From: Takakia lepidozioides
Lineage: Eukaryota; Plantae; Bryophyta
Assembly (NCBI GenBank): GCA_030704615.1
Contig: CM060731.1
Span: 10,292,001 to 10,356,000 of the forward strand
DNA: 64,000 bases
Direction: 5' to 3'
Shown here: piece after piece, positions 62,001 through 64,000 of the stretch
Position numbering within the stretch: position 1 is the first letter of the stretch
Layout of the letters: each line of letters opens with the position of its first letter
Notes under the pieces: generated by a model
Database searches by the model: none
Told to the model about the DNA's origin: nothing
What the model saw: the letters and a program-made list of their open reading frames with translations, nothing else
Program-made: the position numbers and the translations under genes

Positions 62001-64000
62001 TTGACAATGCTTCATAGAAAACACGGTCGGCGGCTTAAGGTGGGGATCCAATTGAGTGCATGTGTTTGCTCTTTCAAAAACTGAGGCTGGATTTTGTGGG
62101 GCAGTTCATAAGTATTGCTAAACTAGAGGAACTCCTTGGTCGTCCAGTACGTTTCTTATGTGTCACTTACCCTTCTACATACAGGTCACATGGGAAGTAT
62201 GTAAATTCAAAAGGAATGATTTTGCAGCTCCCATGATGCTGGCAAGGCAGGCTTGCATTTGTGCACCCTGAATTCACAACACATAAGTGGATGAAGTAGA
62301 AGAAGTGTAAATTCCTTGGGAGATAGGGATGGGTACAAATTGGGGCCGAAGTATGAAAGGACATTTGAACAGTTTTTTTTTTTTTGGTTGACACGCACCA
62401 TTGTTCTAGAGAAGTGCACAGGCTTCGGTGAAGATGGAGGAGAGCAGGTATACGAGGAGGGGAAACATCACCATATTCAATCCTTTCATGTGTTTGAATG
62501 AAAGACAACGGCAAAGAGAGATGGGGATGGAGAGGCCCATGTGTTCAAACATTGTGCCATAGACATGGAAATATATGGACCACAACGTCCCGAATTTCGT
62601 ATGTTGGTGCAATCACGGTTGATATCAGGTGCCCTCTGTGTATGTATCACTATGGAAATCCGAATGGCACGCATAGAGAACCCTACACTTCGTTGATTCA
62701 CCATTGTGCAACACACTGGACCTCGTGGCATGTAGAGCACAGGTGTTTGGCACGAGTTATATTAAATATCATTGCTGAGAGACCAATTGCCACACTGGCA
62801 CCAGCACAATAACATTCATGTGATTGACTTGAAGACTGATTGCACTGGGGTGTGCATTGTGCCCATTTACGATTGTTGCATGGAATGGTATGTGCATGTG
62901 TTACCAATTTCCTTTACATGCAGTTCCTGGCTTGCTTGTATATGCAATGTAGGCATGTGTTGCATGTAGGGAGCTACTTTGAAATACCCCAGTTACCAGT
63001 GCTTCTCAACATATACTTGTTGAAACAGTCCTAGTCTTCAGTATTGGGCATTATGTCACTGCCCAATACATGTAAGCAAGGAAACGGAACAGTAATGTGG
63101 CACTGTGAAGTGAGTGTGTTAAGATTGTGGGGCAACGGGGATCCCATTGGCTGCCATCATGTTGAACAACATGCCCTTGAATCAAAAACATTAGAGAGAA
63201 GGAAGAGACACCCCAAAATAGCATACCCCAATGTAGAGAAGGGCTGACTGGGGGTAGGAAAGAGGGACTGAAGCGAACTTGCAAAACAAAGCAGAGAACG
63301 TGCACTGACGGTCGGAAATGTGCTGCCTATAAGAAGAATAAGACACAGTTGTGGGAAGCAAAGGACCACAAAAATCAACGCAGAAAGGTAGACAATTAAT
63401 AAATAATACTTTCTGTAGCCAATTGTATCCAATGTCACAACGCTTTGCCGACTTTCTTGGCTCGTTTACACTGTCTGCGTGTGAGAGGAGCTGGAGTGGT
63501 GGCCACAGGGAAGAGAGGGCTGCTGCAATCTCCAACTTTGCGTGGGGGTTTGGGCACTGCATATGGAGGCTCGTGCGATGGGTGACCGTCAAGCTCGTGC
63601 AAAATAATGTCTTAAAGTTCATACCTTTTCTCGCGCACGGCCTCAGTAGGGAACCGGTCTGATGTGAGCTGCAAAGAAAGAAGAACAAAGAATGCAAAAG
63701 CAAACAATGAACAAGCAATGATCGTTGTTAGAAATTCATACAATTTTCGTAAGGATATTCATGTTCATTCTACCCGATACATGGATTCAGCACATTGCGT
63801 GAGCACATGAACGTCCACAACTAAAACAGGCGGCAAATGATCATGTAAACCATGAGCAGCTGCCTCTACCCGAGCTTGCACCACCAGGTTGTGGATTCAA
63901 GTACGTTTGCACTAAGTACAGCCTCAATGTAATGAACTACAAACAGACCGCACTGCCATGTGTTGGCCTGCTGTGGAACAGGCGGGCAGAACCACCGCTT

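Overview
This is eukaryotic nuclear DNA from a land plant. The spliced genes, DYW-PPR remnants and single-exon F-box gene suggest a non-seed plant, but that is inference. Four host genes look intact: an EXD3/Mut-7-like exonuclease with a Mut7-C domain (1302-7538, -), glycerol kinase (8204-12661, -), a mitoribosomal mL59-like protein (44617-46340, -) and an F-box protein (47362-48390, +). They sit among LINE pieces, CACTA ends, DYW-PPR pseudogenes and dispersed repeats. The main feature is a 12.2-kb Ty3/Gypsy-type retroelement (28040-40284, -) with a 4-bp GATA target-site duplication. Its domain order is gag-protease-[DNMT3-like C5 DNA methyltransferase]-RT-RNaseH-DDE integrase-PHD. It lacks conventional LTR/tRNA-PBS/PPT organisation. 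Instead it has split direct repeats (X-ORFs-Y-GC-X-Y), an internal palindromic end-to-start junction (GACAGCTGTC), a self-complementary primer-site-like sequence, a strand-specific structured 5' repeat and a 1.9-kb tandem array in its leader. A second, decayed mobile-like block (about 50.5-64 kb) carries a spliced gene combining a ParB/Srx-like DGNHR domain with a beta-class N4C/N6A-type DNA methyltransferase fold. All calls come from reading motifs by eye; no database searches were run.
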